Positions 26,109 to 36,002 of a stretch of 64,000 nucleotides of DNA are shown piece by piece. The notes beneath the pieces were generated by a model. That model did not search any database. It was not told the DNA's origin and saw only the letters and a list, made by a program, of their open reading frames with translations. Numbering within the stretch: the first letter of the stretch is position 1; the number at the start of each line of letters is the position of its first letter. This stretch comes from Planctomycetia bacterium (GTDB lineage: Bacteria; Planctomycetota; Planctomycetia; Pirellulales; UBA1268): positions 66,063-130,062 of the forward strand of contig JAPLNR010000069.1 of NCBI GenBank assembly GCA_026401035.1. Direction: 5' to 3'. The position numbers and the translations under genes are program-made.

Positions 26109-27050
26109 TTATGTCGCGGGATCGCGTTGATCCTTTGCTCGCCGGGACCGAAGATGCCGTCGCAGTTGCAGGGGCGTGGTTCCCTCGGCGCGTTGCACGG
26201 CACGGGAGAGCGCGTCGGAGCTCGAGAAACCCGACGCGGAGACGATTTCGGACACGGTGAGATCGGTGTCGGCAAGCAAACGCCGCACCCGGTCGAGCCG
26301 GCACCGCAGGATCTCCTCACGGGCCGTACGGCCGAGCGCCTGTTGAAACCGGCGTTCCAGCGAGCGTGATGTGACATGGAGTCGCTGGGCAAGGCCGGCG
26401 ACGGAAAGTTGCAGATGGCTTCCACTCCAGATCATTCGCAGGGCCTCGCTCACCAGGCGGTCCTTCAGCGCGAAGACATCCCGCGGGCCCTGCAGGATCA
26501 ATTGGTGCGTCTCCGCGCTCGTCGCGGCAAGGATCGCGGCCAGAATCTCCATCACGTTTGCGGCGATCAGGTGGGGGAAGCCCGGGGGCGTGTCCTGCAG
26601 CCGTTCGAGCAGGATCGTGAACGGCGAAAGGATCGAGTCTTTCAGGCCCGTCCGCAGGACCGGCTGCTCGGGCGAGAAGAAGCGATTCAGCACCAGCCGG
26701 TCCATCTGCTCGCCGCCGAAGCTCACCCAGTATTCCTCCCAGCCGAGTGCCTTGTCGGGCCGGTAGCGGTGCCAGACTCCCGGAAACAAAAACAGGATGG
26801 TGCCGGCGACCACCCGCTCGGGGCCGGTGACGGCCGATTCGAAAACGCCCTCGCCGGCCGCGACGTAGAGCACCTGATACTCGGGCAGGCTGCGGCCCTT
26901 CTTCCACGTAAAGGCATAGAGCTCGGGATGGCCCGGGGGCGGGTAGGCGCCGCCCCGTCGGATCACGGCATGCCCGGCGCCGCATACGTGGATTCCCCAC
27001 TGCACGTCACGCGGCCGCACGGGGAGGTAGCGGAAATCTGAATCGCTCAT
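26109..27050 (-). CDS. AraC family transcriptional regulator (cupin sensor + HTH), likely rhamnose-locus regulator
   Basis: 313-aa ORF. The N-terminal cupin-like region is followed by a C-terminal AraC-type double HTH (...[23 protein letters not shown]...[29 protein letters not shown]). It is divergent from rhaA. Confidence 0.85.
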   Translation of the reverse strand: MSDSDFRYLPVRPRDVQWGIHVCGAGHAVIRRGGAYPPPGHPELYAFTWKKGRSLPEYQVLYVAAGEGVFESAVTGPERVVAGTILFLFPGVWHRYRPDKALGWEEYWVSFGGEQMDRLVLNRFFSPEQPVLRTGLKDSILSPFTILLERLQDTPPGFPHLIAANVMEILAAILAATSAETHQLILQGPRDVFALKDRLVSEALRMIWSGSHLQLSVAGLAQRLHVTSRSLERRFQQALGRTAREEILRCRLDRVRRLLADTDLTVSEIVSASGFSSSDALSRAVQRAEGTTPLQLRRHLRSRRAKDQRDPAT

Positions 27051-27085
27051 GTCGCTTCACGCCAGGCAGGAAACAGGAACTGTTG

Positions 27086-28354
27086 ATGGTACCCTCCAAA
27101 AAGCACATTGAATCGGCATTCCGGCTGGCGAGCGAGCGCTACGCGGCAGTCGGCGTCAACGTGGAACGGGCCATCGCCGCCCTCGCGAAAATTCCGGTCT
27201 CGCTCCATTGCTGGCAGGGGGACGACGTCGGCGGGTTCGAGAACCTCGGCGGCGGGCTGGGCGGAGGCCTGGCCGTCACGGGCAACTATCCGGGCAAGGC
27301 CCGCACCCCCGACGAACTGCGGGCCGACCTCGACAAGGCCTTGTCGCTCATCCCGGGGCGGCAGCGGCTCAACCTCCACGCCTTCTACGGCGAGTTCGGC
27401 GGCAAGAAGGTCGACCGTGACGAGATCGACGCGAGCCACTTCAAGAACTGGATCGACTGGGCGAAGCAGCAGAAGATCGGGCTCGACTTCAACCCAACCT
27501 GTTTTGCCCATCCGCAGGCGGCCGACGGTTTTACCCTTTCGCACGCCGACAAGGGTATCAGGAAATTCTGGATCGAGCACTGCCGGCGGTCGCGGGAGAT
27601 CGGCGCAGCGTTTGGCAAGGCGCTCGGCACGCCGTGCGTGACGAATGTCTGGGTGCCGGACGGCTTCAAGGACACGCCGGCCGACCGGATGGCCCCCCGG
27701 GAGCGGCTGGCCGAATCGCTCGACGAGGTTTTTAAAAAGCCGCTGCCGCCGAAGCACACCCTCGATGCCGTTGAGCCAAAACTCTTCGGCATCGGCACCG
27801 AATCCTGCACGGTCGGGTCAGCCGAGTTTTATCTCGGCTACTGCATCACCCGGAAGAAGCTGCTCTGCCTCGACGCCGGGCATTTTCATCCCACCGAATC
27901 GATCAGCGACAAGATCTCCTCGGTGTTGATCTACCTGCCGGAGATCCTCCTGCACGTGAGCCGGGGCGTCCGCTGGGACTCCGACCACGTGGTCACGCTC
28001 TCCGACGACCTGCTCTCGATCGGGCGGGAGATCATTGCGACCGGCAATCCGGCGCGGGTGCACGTCGGCCTCGACTACTTCGACGCAAGCATCAATCGGA
28101 TCGCCGCCTGGGCGATTGGCACCCGGAGCATGCTCAAGGCGCTTCTCATAGGGCTGCTGGAACCCGCGGCCATCCGCAGGGCCGAGGTCGCTGGCGACAC
28201 GACGGCCCGGCTGTCGCTCCAGGAAGAAGCCAAGAGCCTCCCCTTCGGCGCGGTCTGGGATTATTACTGTGAGTCGCAGGGGGTGGCCGTCGGCGCGGCC
28301 TGGCTCGACGAGGTGCGGACATACGAGAAAGCAGTCACGGGGAAACGCACATGA
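27086..28354 (+). CDS. rhaA: L-rhamnose isomerase
   Basis: It is colinear with E. coli RhaA along the whole length ([13 protein letters not shown]...[17 protein letters not shown]...[18 protein letters not shown]...[10 protein letters not shown]...[12 protein letters not shown]...[12 protein letters not shown]). Confidence 0.92.
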   Translation: MVPSKKHIESAFRLASERYAAVGVNVERAIAALAKIPVSLHCWQGDDVGGFENLGGGLGGGLAVTGNYPGKARTPDELRADLDKALSLIPGRQRLNLHAFYGEFGGKKVDRDEIDASHFKNWIDWAKQQKIGLDFNPTCFAHPQAADGFTLSHADKGIRKFWIEHCRRSREIGAAFGKALGTPCVTNVWVPDGFKDTPADRMAPRERLAESLDEVFKKPLPPKHTLDAVEPKLFGIGTESCTVGSAEFYLGYCITRKKLLCLDAGHFHPTESISDKISSVLIYLPEILLHVSRGVRWDSDHVVTLSDDLLSIGREIIATGNPARVHVGLDYFDASINRIAAWAIGTRSMLKALLIGLLEPAAIRRAEVAGDTTARLSLQEEAKSLPFGAVWDYYCESQGVAVGAAWLDEVRTYEKAVTGKRT

Positions 28355-29766
28355 CGACAGCAACGCAGCTGGAAACGGCATTGGACGAGGTCGACACGTC
28401 GACCTCCCGGGCGGCCTCGGAATACGAGCGCGAGCGGGTGCCCGAGGCCGCGCTCAAGGGGCCAAGTGGCTTCTGGGGCATGTATGCCGGCGAGCACACG
28501 GCGGGCACCGAGTTCATGATCGGCCCGCTTTTCGTGGCCTGGGGCGCCGATGCCGCGAGCCTCGTCTTCGGTCTCCTGATTGGCAACCTGCTCGCCGTGC
28601 TCACCTGGCGGTATCTCACCGCGGTGATCGCCTGCCAGGAGCGGCTCACGCTCTACTACAAGATGGAGAAGATCGCCGGCCGCTGGCTCGTCACGCTCTA
28701 CAACCTCGCCAACGGCCTGTTGTTCTGCTTCCTCGCCGGCTCGATGATCACGGTCTCTGCGACCGCGGTGGGGCCGTTCTTTCCCGCGGGCACGATCGAG
28801 ATGCCCACGTTCGAATCGACCATGCCGACGGGGAGCGCGTGGATTCTGTCCTGCGTCGTGATCGGCGCGGCGATGACGCTCGTGGCGCTCAAGGGCTACG
28901 GCGTGGTGGCGCAGGTGGGGCACTATGCCGCCCCGTGGATGTTCCTCGTGTTCCTGGCCTGTGCGCTGGTCACGCTTGGCAGGCTCGGCACGCTGGATGT
29001 CTGGAGCCTGCTCACGCCTCCGCCCGGTACCGAGCAGAAGATCAGCTTCCTGGGCATCGTGTTCTTCTCCTGGTTCTGCAACGCGGCGATGCACATCGGC
29101 ATGGCCGATCTCTCCGTGCTCCGGTTCGCCAAGAAGCCGAGCGCCGGCTGGGCGAGCGCAGCAGGAATGTTCCTCGGCCACTATGTCGCCTGGATCTGCG
29201 CGGCCCTGCTCCTCATTTACTGGGTGCGGGCCCACGGCGTCGATCCGACGGTCGGCAAGGATCCCGGCACGATGGTCAACGATGCCGTCGGCTGGGCGGG
29301 CCTCATCTGCGTGATCATCGCCGGCTGGACGACGGCCAACCCGACGATCTACCGGGCCGGTCTGGCCTTCCAGGGAATGATCCCGGGGCTCCCGCGGACG
29401 GCGGCCACGCTACTGGCCGGAGCCCTCTGTATCGCGGCCGGCATCTTCCCGGCCTTCGCGATGAACCTACTCTCGTTCGTGGGGCTCTACGGCACGGTGC
29501 TCGCGCCGGTGGGCGCGATCATCGTCGTGGATCATTTTCTGGCCGACCGCGTCGGCATCGAGCGCGATCCGGCCGCGCATAACGGCTGGAACTTCAACTG
29601 GAACGTGCTCATCGCCTGGCTCGTGCCGGTCGCGGTGGCGCTGTATGCCTACCGGTTTCACGGCGTGTTTGCGTCGTATCTGCCGCTGCCCTGCGCGATC
29701 GCCTGCGGCCTGCTCTACATCCTGCTCTCGAAGTGGTCGGGGCGGCCTGCCGCCGTCCAGTCTTGA
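28351..29766 (+). CDS. multi-pass membrane permease (purine-cytosine/NCS1-like), candidate sugar or sugar-derivative transporter
   Basis: 471-aa hydrophobic ORF. The N-terminal [36 protein letters not shown] resembles the NCS1 / cytosine-permease family. Its ATGA start overlaps the rhaA stop. Confidence 0.7.
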   Translation: MTTATQLETALDEVDTSTSRAASEYERERVPEAALKGPSGFWGMYAGEHTAGTEFMIGPLFVAWGADAASLVFGLLIGNLLAVLTWRYLTAVIACQERLTLYYKMEKIAGRWLVTLYNLANGLLFCFLAGSMITVSATAVGPFFPAGTIEMPTFESTMPTGSAWILSCVVIGAAMTLVALKGYGVVAQVGHYAAPWMFLVFLACALVTLGRLGTLDVWSLLTPPPGTEQKISFLGIVFFSWFCNAAMHIGMADLSVLRFAKKPSAGWASAAGMFLGHYVAWICAALLLIYWVRAHGVDPTVGKDPGTMVNDAVGWAGLICVIIAGWTTANPTIYRAGLAFQGMIPGLPRTAATLLAGALCIAAGIFPAFAMNLLSFVGLYGTVLAPVGAIIVVDHFLADRVGIERDPAAHNGWNFNWNVLIAWLVPVAVALYAYRFHGVFASYLPLPCAIACGLLYILLSKWSGRPAAVQS

Positions 29767-29795
29767 GCCAGTAGCAACGAACAACTGGAGTCTCC

Positions 29796-29978
29796 ATGCA
29801 AAACACCGCCATCCACACGACTGCGAAGGTCCTCGGTCTCGGGGCGCTCGTCGGCACGATCCTCCCGCCGGCGATGTTCATGCTCCAGATGCTGCCGCTC
29901 GACACCATGCAGGCGATCATGCTCGTCGCGGCGGTCGTCTGGTTCGGCGCTGCGCCCTTCTGGATGAAGGTCGAGTGA
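29796..29978 (+). CDS. small two-helix membrane protein
   Basis: 60-aa ORF with strong GC3 checked codon by codon. It has two hydrophobic stretches (VLGLGALVGTILPPAMFML and AIMLVAAVVWFGAAPFW). Confidence 0.6.
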   Translation: MQNTAIHTTAKVLGLGALVGTILPPAMFMLQMLPLDTMQAIMLVAAVVWFGAAPFWMKVE

Positions 29979-30126
29979 GTTACGCCGGGGAACGCTCGGC
30001 GAGAGTGTGCCGTTCGTGAAATCTGAACTCCGCGCTGCGATCGAACAAGCCTGGCTGCCGTGGGTTCTGCTACGATTTCGCCAAGTTGTCGGCCCCAGCC
30101 CGCACTTTGTACGCACGGAGCCAGTT

Positions 30127-31860
30127 ATGCCAGCCCGCCTTGCCGCCGCCACGCTCGCGGCCGTCGTCACGATCCTCACGGCCGCCGACCGAACGTGGTC
30201 CGCACCAGCTGATCGGATTATCCGCGGCGGCCCGATCGTCACGGTGAATCCCGGCCAACCGGCGGCGGAGGCGGTCGCGATCGCCGGCGGGAAGATCGTG
30301 GCGGTCGGCGATGAGGCCGATGTGATGCAGCATAAGGGCGAGGCGACCGAAGTCACCGAACTGGCGGGCCGGACGCTCGTGCCGGGATTCATCGACGGCC
30401 ACAGCCACTTCTGTTCGCTGATCGACGTGCTGACGCAGGCACTGTGCGCGTCGCCGCCCGCGGGCCCCTGCCGCACCGTGGCCGACGTGATCGCAGCGCT
30501 GAAACAGTCGCAGGAACGGCGGAAGATCGGGCCGGGCAAGTTCGTGATGGGCTTTGGCTACGACCCCGAGCTGCTGGCGGAGAAGCGCGCCCCGACGAAG
30601 CAGGAGCTAGACGCCGCCTTCCCCGATAACCCCGTGATCCTCGTGCATGTCTCGGGCCACGGCGCGATGCTCAACTCGAAGGCTCTCGCCAACTTTTGCA
30701 TCACCGCCGCCACGTCCACGCCGACGGGCGGCGTCATCGGCCGCGAGCCGGGGTCGAACGAGCCAAACGGACTCCTCTTCGAGACGGCCTTTCTGCCAAT
30801 CTTCTCCAACTTGCCGGGGCCGGACGGTGATGCGGCCCTCGAGCTCCTGAAGACCGGGCAGGACCTCTACCTGCGGGCGGGCATTACGACGGCCCAGGAT
30901 GGGGCCACGATGAAGCATCAGGTCGACCTGCTCCGGATCCTCGCCGACCGTGGCGACCTCAAGCTTGACCTGGTGCTGCTCCCTTTTATCGCGGAGATTG
31001 AAGCGATTTTTAACGGCCAGCTGCCGAAGAACGAGCCCGAATACAGAAATCGCCTGCGGATCGGTGGCGTGAAGGTCCTGATGGACGGCTCGCCGCAGGG
31101 CCGCACCGCCTGTTTCACCACTCCGTATCTCACTGACGGGCCGGCGGGCCAGAAGGATTGGCGCGGGGAACTGTCGTTTCCGCAGCCGGTGCTCAACGAG
31201 TGGGTGAAGAAGGTCTACGACGGCGGGGCCACGCTCTTTGTTCACTGCAATGGCGATGCGGCGATCGACGCTCTGCTGGAGGCCCATCGCTTCGCCTCGG
31301 GCAACGAGCCCGCGCAGCCCCGCGGCACCGTCGGCATCCACTCGCAGTTCATCCGCCGTGACCAACTGGAGAAGTACAAGGCGTGGGGCATTACGCCTTC
31401 CTTCTTCACGATCCACTGCTTTTATTTCGGCGACACCCACGTGGCCAATCGCGGCCGGGCTCAGGCTGATTTCATCAGCCCGATGAAGTCGGCTCGCGGG
31501 TTCGGTCTGCGGCCGACCAACCACACCGACTTCAACGTCGCGCCGCTCGACCAGTTGTTCACGATTCACACGGCAGTCAATCGTGTCTCGCGGTCGGGGC
31601 AGACGATCGGGGCCGACGAGCGGATTGCACCGCTGGAGGCCCTCGAGGCGATCACGATCGATGGCGCCAGGGTCTACGGCGAGGAGGCGAAGAAGGGCTC
31701 GATCGAGGTCGGCAAGCTGGCTGACCTCGTCGTTCTTTCGGCGAACCCGCTCACGGTGCCGCCGACCACGATCGAGAAGATCGGCGTCGAGGAGACGATC
31801 AAGGAGGGGAAGACGGTCTGGCGATCTTCGCCGGTCCCGGTGCGTAGCCTCGTCCGGTAA
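30127..31860 (+). CDS. amidohydrolase family protein (Amidohydro_3-like), secreted
   Basis: Internal ATG of track ORF 30007..31860 (MPARLAAATLAAVVTILTAA, a signal peptide). Contains GGPIVTVNP...AIAGGKIVAVGD...LVPGFIDGHSHF and ...LFVHCNGDAAID. Confidence 0.85.
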   Translation: MPARLAAATLAAVVTILTAADRTWSAPADRIIRGGPIVTVNPGQPAAEAVAIAGGKIVAVGDEADVMQHKGEATEVTELAGRTLVPGFIDGHSHFCSLIDVLTQALCASPPAGPCRTVADVIAALKQSQERRKIGPGKFVMGFGYDPELLAEKRAPTKQELDAAFPDNPVILVHVSGHGAMLNSKALANFCITAATSTPTGGVIGREPGSNEPNGLLFETAFLPIFSNLPGPDGDAALELLKTGQDLYLRAGITTAQDGATMKHQVDLLRILADRGDLKLDLVLLPFIAEIEAIFNGQLPKNEPEYRNRLRIGGVKVLMDGSPQGRTACFTTPYLTDGPAGQKDWRGELSFPQPVLNEWVKKVYDGGATLFVHCNGDAAIDALLEAHRFASGNEPAQPRGTVGIHSQFIRRDQLEKYKAWGITPSFFTIHCFYFGDTHVANRGRAQADFISPMKSARGFGLRPTNHTDFNVAPLDQLFTIHTAVNRVSRSGQTIGADERIAPLEALEAITIDGARVYGEEAKKGSIEVGKLADLVVLSANPLTVPPTTIEKIGVEETIKEGKTVWRSSPVPVRSLVR

Positions 31861-31867
31861 TTCTTTC

Positions 31868-31884
31868 CACAGCCGACGGCTGTG
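31868..31884 (+). terminator. hairpin CACAGCC-GAC-GGCTGTG just after the amidohydrolase stop
   Basis: Read directly from the sequence: a 7-bp perfect stem with a 3-nt loop, 8 nt after the stop at 31860. No U-tract follows. Confidence 0.45.
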
Positions 31885-31951
31885 CCGTTGGGACTCGGTC
31901 GCACAAGCCATGGATGGCTGTGCTGCCGTGATCGTCCCGGGCTGGAGGCCC

Positions 31952-32316
31952 GGGTTGCTTCCCGCCGGAGGCGGGCAAGGCAGCACAGGCCATGGATGGC
32001 TGTGCTGCCGTGTCACTAGCAAAACGACCGCGGCTGGCCGGTCGCTTCGAGCACCGCGAGCCAGAGGTCGCCACTGGGGGCCACCTGGTTGCGGTGGCTT
32101 ACGGCCAGCGGCATCGGGATATGCACATACCGGCCGTGCCAGCGGCCCACCACCATTTCCGTGCGGCCGGCGAGCGCCGCATGGACCGCATTTTGCGCGA
32201 GCCGCAGGCAGTAGACGCTGTCGTAGGGATTGGCCGGCACGCTGCGGATGACGTAACTCGGATCGATGTATTTGAGATTGAGCTCCACGTTCGCGGCCGC
32301 GAAATGGTCAGTGATC
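31952..32316. repeat. left copy of a 365-bp direct repeat (pfk 3' end + downstream hairpin)
   Basis: It aligns to 34607-34971 at a constant offset of 2655 bp, with 7 substitutions and no indels by my manual alignment. It includes the hairpin GGCAGCACAG-11nt-CTGTGCTGCC at 31979-32009. Confidence 0.9.
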
Positions 32317-32381
32317 TCGCAGAGCACCTCGAAGGCCGGCTCGAGAATCGGGCGGTCGCTGAGCAGCCCGTTTCGGCGCAC
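32016..32381 (-). pseudogene. displaced 3' fragment of 6-phosphofructokinase (last ~100 codons)
   Basis: The track ORF gives ...ITDHFAAANVELNLKYIDPSYVIRSVPANPYDSVYCLRLAQNAVHAALAGRTEMVVGRWHGRYVHIPMPLAVSHRNQVAPSGDLWLAVLEATGQPRSFC. This is near-identical to the C-terminus of the intact pfk at 34671..35993. The first 21 codons are unrelated. Confidence 0.85.
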
Positions 32382-32549
32382 GTCGAACGGGAGCTGCGGT
32401 CATACCTCACCTGCGGCATCCTCTGCTTCGGATTCGGCAGGGCACGCTGTACGTCGTGCGGGCAGGGTTTTGTCGTGGCCTTCTCGTGCAAGGGCCGCGG
32501 CGTTTTTCCCTCCTGCAACGGCCGCCGGATGGCGCAGACAGGGGCGGCG
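32317..32549 (+). mobile_element. IS91-family (Y2 rolling-circle) transposase N-terminal fragment
   Basis: The translation ...LAEHLEGRLE...HVERELRSYLTCGILCFGFGRARCTSCGQGFVVAFSCKGRGVFPSCNGRRMAQTGA matches the N-terminal zinc-binding region of IS91-family transposases. It has no start codon and no catalytic domain. It begins exactly at the repeat boundary. Confidence 0.7.
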
Positions 32550-32552
32550 CGA

Positions 32553-32830
32553 CTCCGGGGCCGGGGGTCGATACCCCAGCGAGCTGTGCGGGCGGACGGT
32601 GTTGTACGCCTCTCGCCAACGACCGATGAGCACCTTCGCTTCCAGGAGGGTGTCGAAGACTTCGCAGTCAAGCAGCTCGTCCCGTAGCTTGCCCTTGAAG
32701 CTCTCCACGTAGTCGTTCTCCCACGGCGATCCAGGCTCGATGGAGAGCGTCTTCACGCCGACACGCTCGATCCGATGGGATCCGGCGACCGAGCAGATCG
32801 TCGGCGACGCCGATGCCACCACGTGGCTTG
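32553..32830 (-). mobile_element. rve (DDE integrase core) transposase C-terminal fragment, IS3/IS481-like
   Basis: The translation ...[74 protein letters not shown] is the typical C-terminus of rve-type IS transposases. The N-terminal two thirds are missing. It abuts the IS91 fragment. Confidence 0.7.
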
Positions 32831-32982
32831 ACCGGAAACGGCGCGCCCCGTGGGATGCCCCGCTGGCCTGAGCCTCGGCGATGTCGCGTACAATCCGACG
32901 GGAGTCAACCTGCCGCATGGCAACCGCTCAGCCGGACCGCCAGCGGTTGCAAATGTGTACGGCCGTATATACATTATCCACC

Positions 32983-33327
32983 ATGAGCACCGCTGCGACC
33001 GGCCCGCGACTCACACAACACGACCGCGAAGGTATTCGAGACGCGGTTGAGCGGGCGTGCGCTGAAAGCAGGGCTGTCTGGCAGAGTATCGTCTTGTTTG
33101 GATCACGGGCGGATCCCCGCCGACTTGGCGGGGATATCGATCTGCTCGTGATGCTCGACCCGTTGCAGCCGGTGGACGTGTATCGCTTCACGCAGCGGCT
33201 CCGGCTTGCTCTCGAAGACCGGCTTGGTGAGCAGCGGATCGATGTCGTCGTGGACGACGGGCACGGTGACGGCATATTCCCTTCGCTCGCACGGGAGAAG
33301 GGAGTCGAGCTGTGGTCGAACAACTAA
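32983..33327 (+). CDS. minimal nucleotidyltransferase (MNT-like antitoxin candidate)
   Basis: Internal ATG of track ORF 32881..33327. Contains the GS-x9-DxD signature in LFGSRADPRRLGGDIDLLVM. An AT-rich GTATATAC palindrome (32965-32972) lies 11 nt upstream. Confidence 0.75.
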   Translation: MSTAATGPRLTQHDREGIRDAVERACAESRAVWQSIVLFGSRADPRRLGGDIDLLVMLDPLQPVDVYRFTQRLRLALEDRLGEQRIDVVVDDGHGDGIFPSLAREKGVELWSNN

Positions 33328-33767
33328 AGCAGATGTTGCGAACGCAGCTCGCGCTGATGCAGGCCGCAGCCAAGGTGCTGGACGAGTCGCGCAGCCGCGT
33401 TGCTGCATTCGAGCAGCGGCTCGGTGGCGAGTTGACCGTCGGCGAGCGGGAATCATGCGAGGCGCTCACGTCGCGGTTCGCCCGGCTCAACGATTTCCTG
33501 GTGCAGCGGGTGTTTCGCACGCTCGACCAGATCGAGCTGCTCGACGAAGGCACGCCGCTGGATCGGCTGCAGCGGGCAGAAGCCCGGCAACTCATTCCCT
33601 CGGCGGATCGCTGGCGTGAGCTGCGGATGCTTCGCAACGCCATTGCTCACGATTATTTGATCGAGAGTGCCGACCGCGTGCTGCTGGACACCCTGGCATC
33701 CGCCCCGGAACTCATCGAGGCAACGCATCGCGTGCTCCACTACGTCCGCACGAAGGTCTATTGCTGA
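33312..33767 (+). CDS. HEPN-domain protein (toxin candidate partnered with the upstream NTase)
   Basis: 151-aa ORF with the Rx4H HEPN motif in LRMLRNAIAHDY. It overlaps the NTase gene by 16 nt (GTG start). An alternative ATG lies at 33333. Confidence 0.75.
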   Translation: MVEQLKQMLRTQLALMQAAAKVLDESRSRVAAFEQRLGGELTVGERESCEALTSRFARLNDFLVQRVFRTLDQIELLDEGTPLDRLQRAEARQLIPSADRWRELRMLRNAIAHDYLIESADRVLLDTLASAPELIEATHRVLHYVRTKVYC

Positions 33768-33931
33768 GGCGAGCCGCATCTTACAAGCCGGGTAGCCCAC
33801 TGCTCCCTTCCGGACTGCTCAGGCCCGCGACCGCGGTTGGCGAAACAGGTATTTCGCCCGGGCGATGATCACAGCGCCTGTCGCATAAACTGCGACGAGA
33901 ACGCCGCCTCCGTTCATGCCAGACTTTGTGA

Positions 33932-34906
33932 ATGGCATGCGTGACAGTTCTTCGGCATCTCTCAGTTACTGCGACGGTTTTGTGGGCTGCCGTACCCGTC
34001 TGTTTCGCCGTCGCCGAGGACGCCTCTCTCCCACAGCCGCCCCCCAGCGACGCGGTGATCCGGAGCCCGGCGGGTGGCTCGGAGATCGTGATTACGACGA
34101 CGTTGCGGGTCGCAGGTGCGATCCACTCGCTCACGTGGAACGGCAAGGAGTTCATCGACTCCCACGACCACGGGCGGCAACTGCAAAGTGCCTCGAACCT
34201 CGAGGTCGATGGCACGATCTTCAACGAGACTTTCAATCCGACCGAAGCCGGCTGCGAACGCGACATGGCCGGGCCCACGAGCACGAGCCGGCTGCTCTGG
34301 CTTTCGGCGACGGGCCCGGAACTCGAGACGATCTCACAGGTGGCCTTTTGGCTGCGTCCCGGGCAGCAGAGCGGGGGCCACCCCGCGAATAACACGACCG
34401 CCCTCTCAAACCACATTCTACAGAAGCGGGGGCGGATCGGGGCGCCTGGCCTCGCGGCCTCGGCCTGCGACCATGCGATCCGCTACGAATTGACGTTCAC
34501 GCTCCCGGCCGACGAGCGGCATACGAAGGCCACGTTCGAGGCGGTCACGGGCTACATCCCTCCGGAGTTTCGCACGTTTCAGGTGCTCCTTCCGGACGGC
34601 GCGCTCGGGTTGCTTCCCGCCGGAGGCGGGCAAGGCAGCACAGGCCATGGATGGCTGTGTTGCCGTGTAACTAGCAAAACGACCGCGGCTGGCCGGTCGC
34701 TTCGAGCACCGCCAGCCAGAGGTCGCCGTTGGGGGCCACCTGGTTGCGGTGGCTTACGGCCAGCGGCATCGGGATATGCACATACCGGCCGTGCCAGCGG
34801 CCCACCACCATTTCCGTGCGGCCGGCGAGCGCCGCATGGACCGCGTTTTGCGCGAGCCGCAGGCAGTAGACGCTGTCGTAGGGATTGGCCGGCACGCTGC
34901 GGATGA
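33932..34906 (+). pseudogene. secreted hypothetical protein gene whose 3' end is replaced at the repeat junction
   Basis: The signal peptide MACVTVLRHLSVTATVLWAAVPVCFAVA is followed by about 225 aa of GC3-biased coding sequence (…SLTWNGKEFIDSHDHGRQLQSASNLEVDGTIFNETFNPTEAG…). From 34607 the frame reads through the repeat and antisense to pfk, giving an Arg/Gly/Pro-rich tail. The native C-terminus is therefore lost. Confidence 0.6.
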
Positions 34907-34971
34907 CGTAACTCGGATCGATGTATTTGAGATTGAGCTCCACGTCCGCGGCCGCGAAATGGTCAGTGATC
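34607..34971. repeat. right copy of the 365-bp direct repeat (part of the intact pfk gene and its terminator hairpin)
   Basis: See 31952-32316. The hairpin copy at 34634-34664 carries one stem mismatch. Confidence 0.9.
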
Positions 34972-35993
34972 CGGCTCTTCAGGTAGAGGCCAATGTCTTG
35001 CAGCCGCTGGTTGCCGGAGGCATCGACGCCGTTGCCCTCGCCGGCCAGCAGGTCTTGGCCGGCCCCCTCGGCCGCGACGATCACGGCGTGGCCGCGGTGC
35101 TTTACCCGCTTGAGCAGGCCCTCGAGGAGCCCGCAGGGGCCGTCGAGCACGAAGGGCACCTCCGGAATGAGCACGTAATTCGCATCAGGCTCCGCCAGCG
35201 ACGCATAGCAGGCGATGAAGCCGGAGTGGCGGCCCATCAGCTTTACGAGGCCGACACCGTTGGGCGAGGCCTTCGCCTCGACATGCGCCGCCTTGATCGA
35301 GTGCGTGGCCTCGCCGAACGCCGTCTGGAATCCGAAACTCTGGTCGATGTAGGGGATGTCGTTGTCGATCGTCTTGGGAATGCCGACCACGGCAATCTTC
35401 TGCCCCCGCTCGGCGATCGCCGCCGCGATCTGCATCGCGCCGCGAATGCTGCCATCGCCGCCGATCACGAAGAGGGCGTTGATGTTCATCCGCTCCAGAC
35501 AGTCGACGATCTCGTTCGGATCCTGGCTGCCGCGGGAGGTGCCGAGGATCGTGCCGCCTTCCTCGTCGATGGTGCTGACGCGGTCGGGCGTGAGATCGAG
35601 CACGTCGTGTCCGTAGCGCGGGATAAAACCCTGGTAGCCGTTGCGAAAGCCGTAGATCCGCTGCACGCCGTAGTGATGGGTCAGTTCCATCACGATTCCG
35701 CGGATCACGTCGTTGAGGCCGGGGCACAGCCCGCCGCAGGTGACGATGCCCGCCCGCATCTTCGCCGGGTCGAAGAAGATGGAGCGCCGGGGGCCGGCCG
35801 GCTCGAACCCGGGGAGCGTCTCGAGCGTGCATCCGCTCTCGGCGGCGAGCCGGGCGGTGTCGTGGAAAAACACGCGGTCGTCCTCCGCCACGTAATGGGC
35901 GGTCGTCGCGCGGGATTCGAGCAGCGGCTTGAGGGGTGAGTCGATCCGGCAGGGGCCGAGCGCCTTCACGTCGAGATCAGCGGCGGTGATCAT
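34671..35993 (-). CDS. pfkA: ATP-dependent 6-phosphofructokinase
   Basis: 440-aa ORF containing GIVTCGGLCPGLNDVIRG, IGGDGS (the Gly of ATP-type enzymes rather than the GGDD of PPi-type), and PKTIDNDI. Confidence 0.9.
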   Translation of the reverse strand: MITAADLDVKALGPCRIDSPLKPLLESRATTAHYVAEDDRVFFHDTARLAAESGCTLETLPGFEPAGPRRSIFFDPAKMRAGIVTCGGLCPGLNDVIRGIVMELTHHYGVQRIYGFRNGYQGFIPRYGHDVLDLTPDRVSTIDEEGGTILGTSRGSQDPNEIVDCLERMNINALFVIGGDGSIRGAMQIAAAIAERGQKIAVVGIPKTIDNDIPYIDQSFGFQTAFGEATHSIKAAHVEAKASPNGVGLVKLMGRHSGFIACYASLAEPDANYVLIPEVPFVLDGPCGLLEGLLKRVKHRGHAVIVAAEGAGQDLLAGEGNGVDASGNQRLQDIGLYLKSRITDHFAAADVELNLKYIDPSYVIRSVPANPYDSVYCLRLAQNAVHAALAGRTEMVVGRWHGRYVHIPMPLAVSHRNQVAPNGDLWLAVLEATGQPRSFC

Positions 35994-36002
35994 CGGTGTG
36001 GG

